Shown piece after piece: positions 63,665-64,000 of a stretch of DNA of 64,000 nt (its first letter is position 1; the number at the start of each line of letters is the position of its first letter). The DNA is taken from assembly GCA_964187785.1 (NCBI GenBank), contig OZ076409.1:6202001-6266000 (forward strand), given 5' to 3'. Position numbers and translations under genes: made by a program. The stretch comes from Amphiscolops sp. MND2022 (lineage: Eukaryota). The notes beneath the pieces are model-generated. The model made no database searches. It saw nothing but the letters and a program-made list of their open reading frames with translations, and had not been told where the DNA came from.

Positions 63665-64000
63665 TGATAAACTTATTCCCTCTATAAAAACGTAAATCAC
63701 CTCAAACTTTGATTTTGAATCTTTGTTAGACCTACTCTGTGTTTCCCTGAAGTGTTCATGGCCATTCCACCTATCAAAACATTCACGTTCTTCAAGTTTT
63801 GGTACTGAGTGATTTAGTTTTTGCTTGATTTCGAATTCACAGGATTAGGCCAACGTCAGCGCCAAACAAATCAGCAATGTTTACATTCTGAATGTGAACT
63901 GAAACTTCTTCTGAAACACACGGTTTATATTGTTGCGTAATTAAGTCGCCGCTTTGAAGTTGAATCATAAAACTACCACCCTCCCACGTTTAATGCAACC

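Noticed and set aside
62940..64000. Possible coding exons on the minus strand
   Set aside because: Stops occur in the frames I read and I recognise no domain; left unassigned.

Overview
Eukaryotic, AT-rich, transposon-dense animal genomic DNA (probably an invertebrate; species cannot be determined from the window) with a 200-N scaffold gap at 49932-50131. I reconstructed two spliced genes by hand, both on the minus strand, with GT-AG introns and consistent phases. (1) An apparently complete 8-exon EXD1-like gene (27140->13391, 497 aa): Lsm-like N-terminus plus a DnaQ/DEDD exonuclease fold with degenerate catalytic residues; EXD1 is a piRNA-pathway factor. (2) The first five coding exons of a DAZAP1/Hrb27C-like two-RRM gene (10079->2757), which appears to continue off the left edge. 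The introns and all of 27.2-64 kb are nested transposon debris: CRE-clade and CR1/L2-like non-LTR elements, a Gypsy LTR element, hAT, MULE, piggyBac-like and Tc1-like MITEs, Helentron-like HINEs, a Penelope GIY-YIG remnant with a degenerate hammerhead, and two tandem segmental duplications. Most notable: about 11 non-autonomous elements with different termini (several with 9-bp TSDs) share two related, hairpin-rich internal cores; a hAT element with an 8-bp TSD carries a 2.4-kb higher-order 132-bp tandem array inside an EXD1 intron; and a conserved, covarying RNA structure occurs in CRE 3' UTRs. All family assignments come from motif recognition, not database searches.
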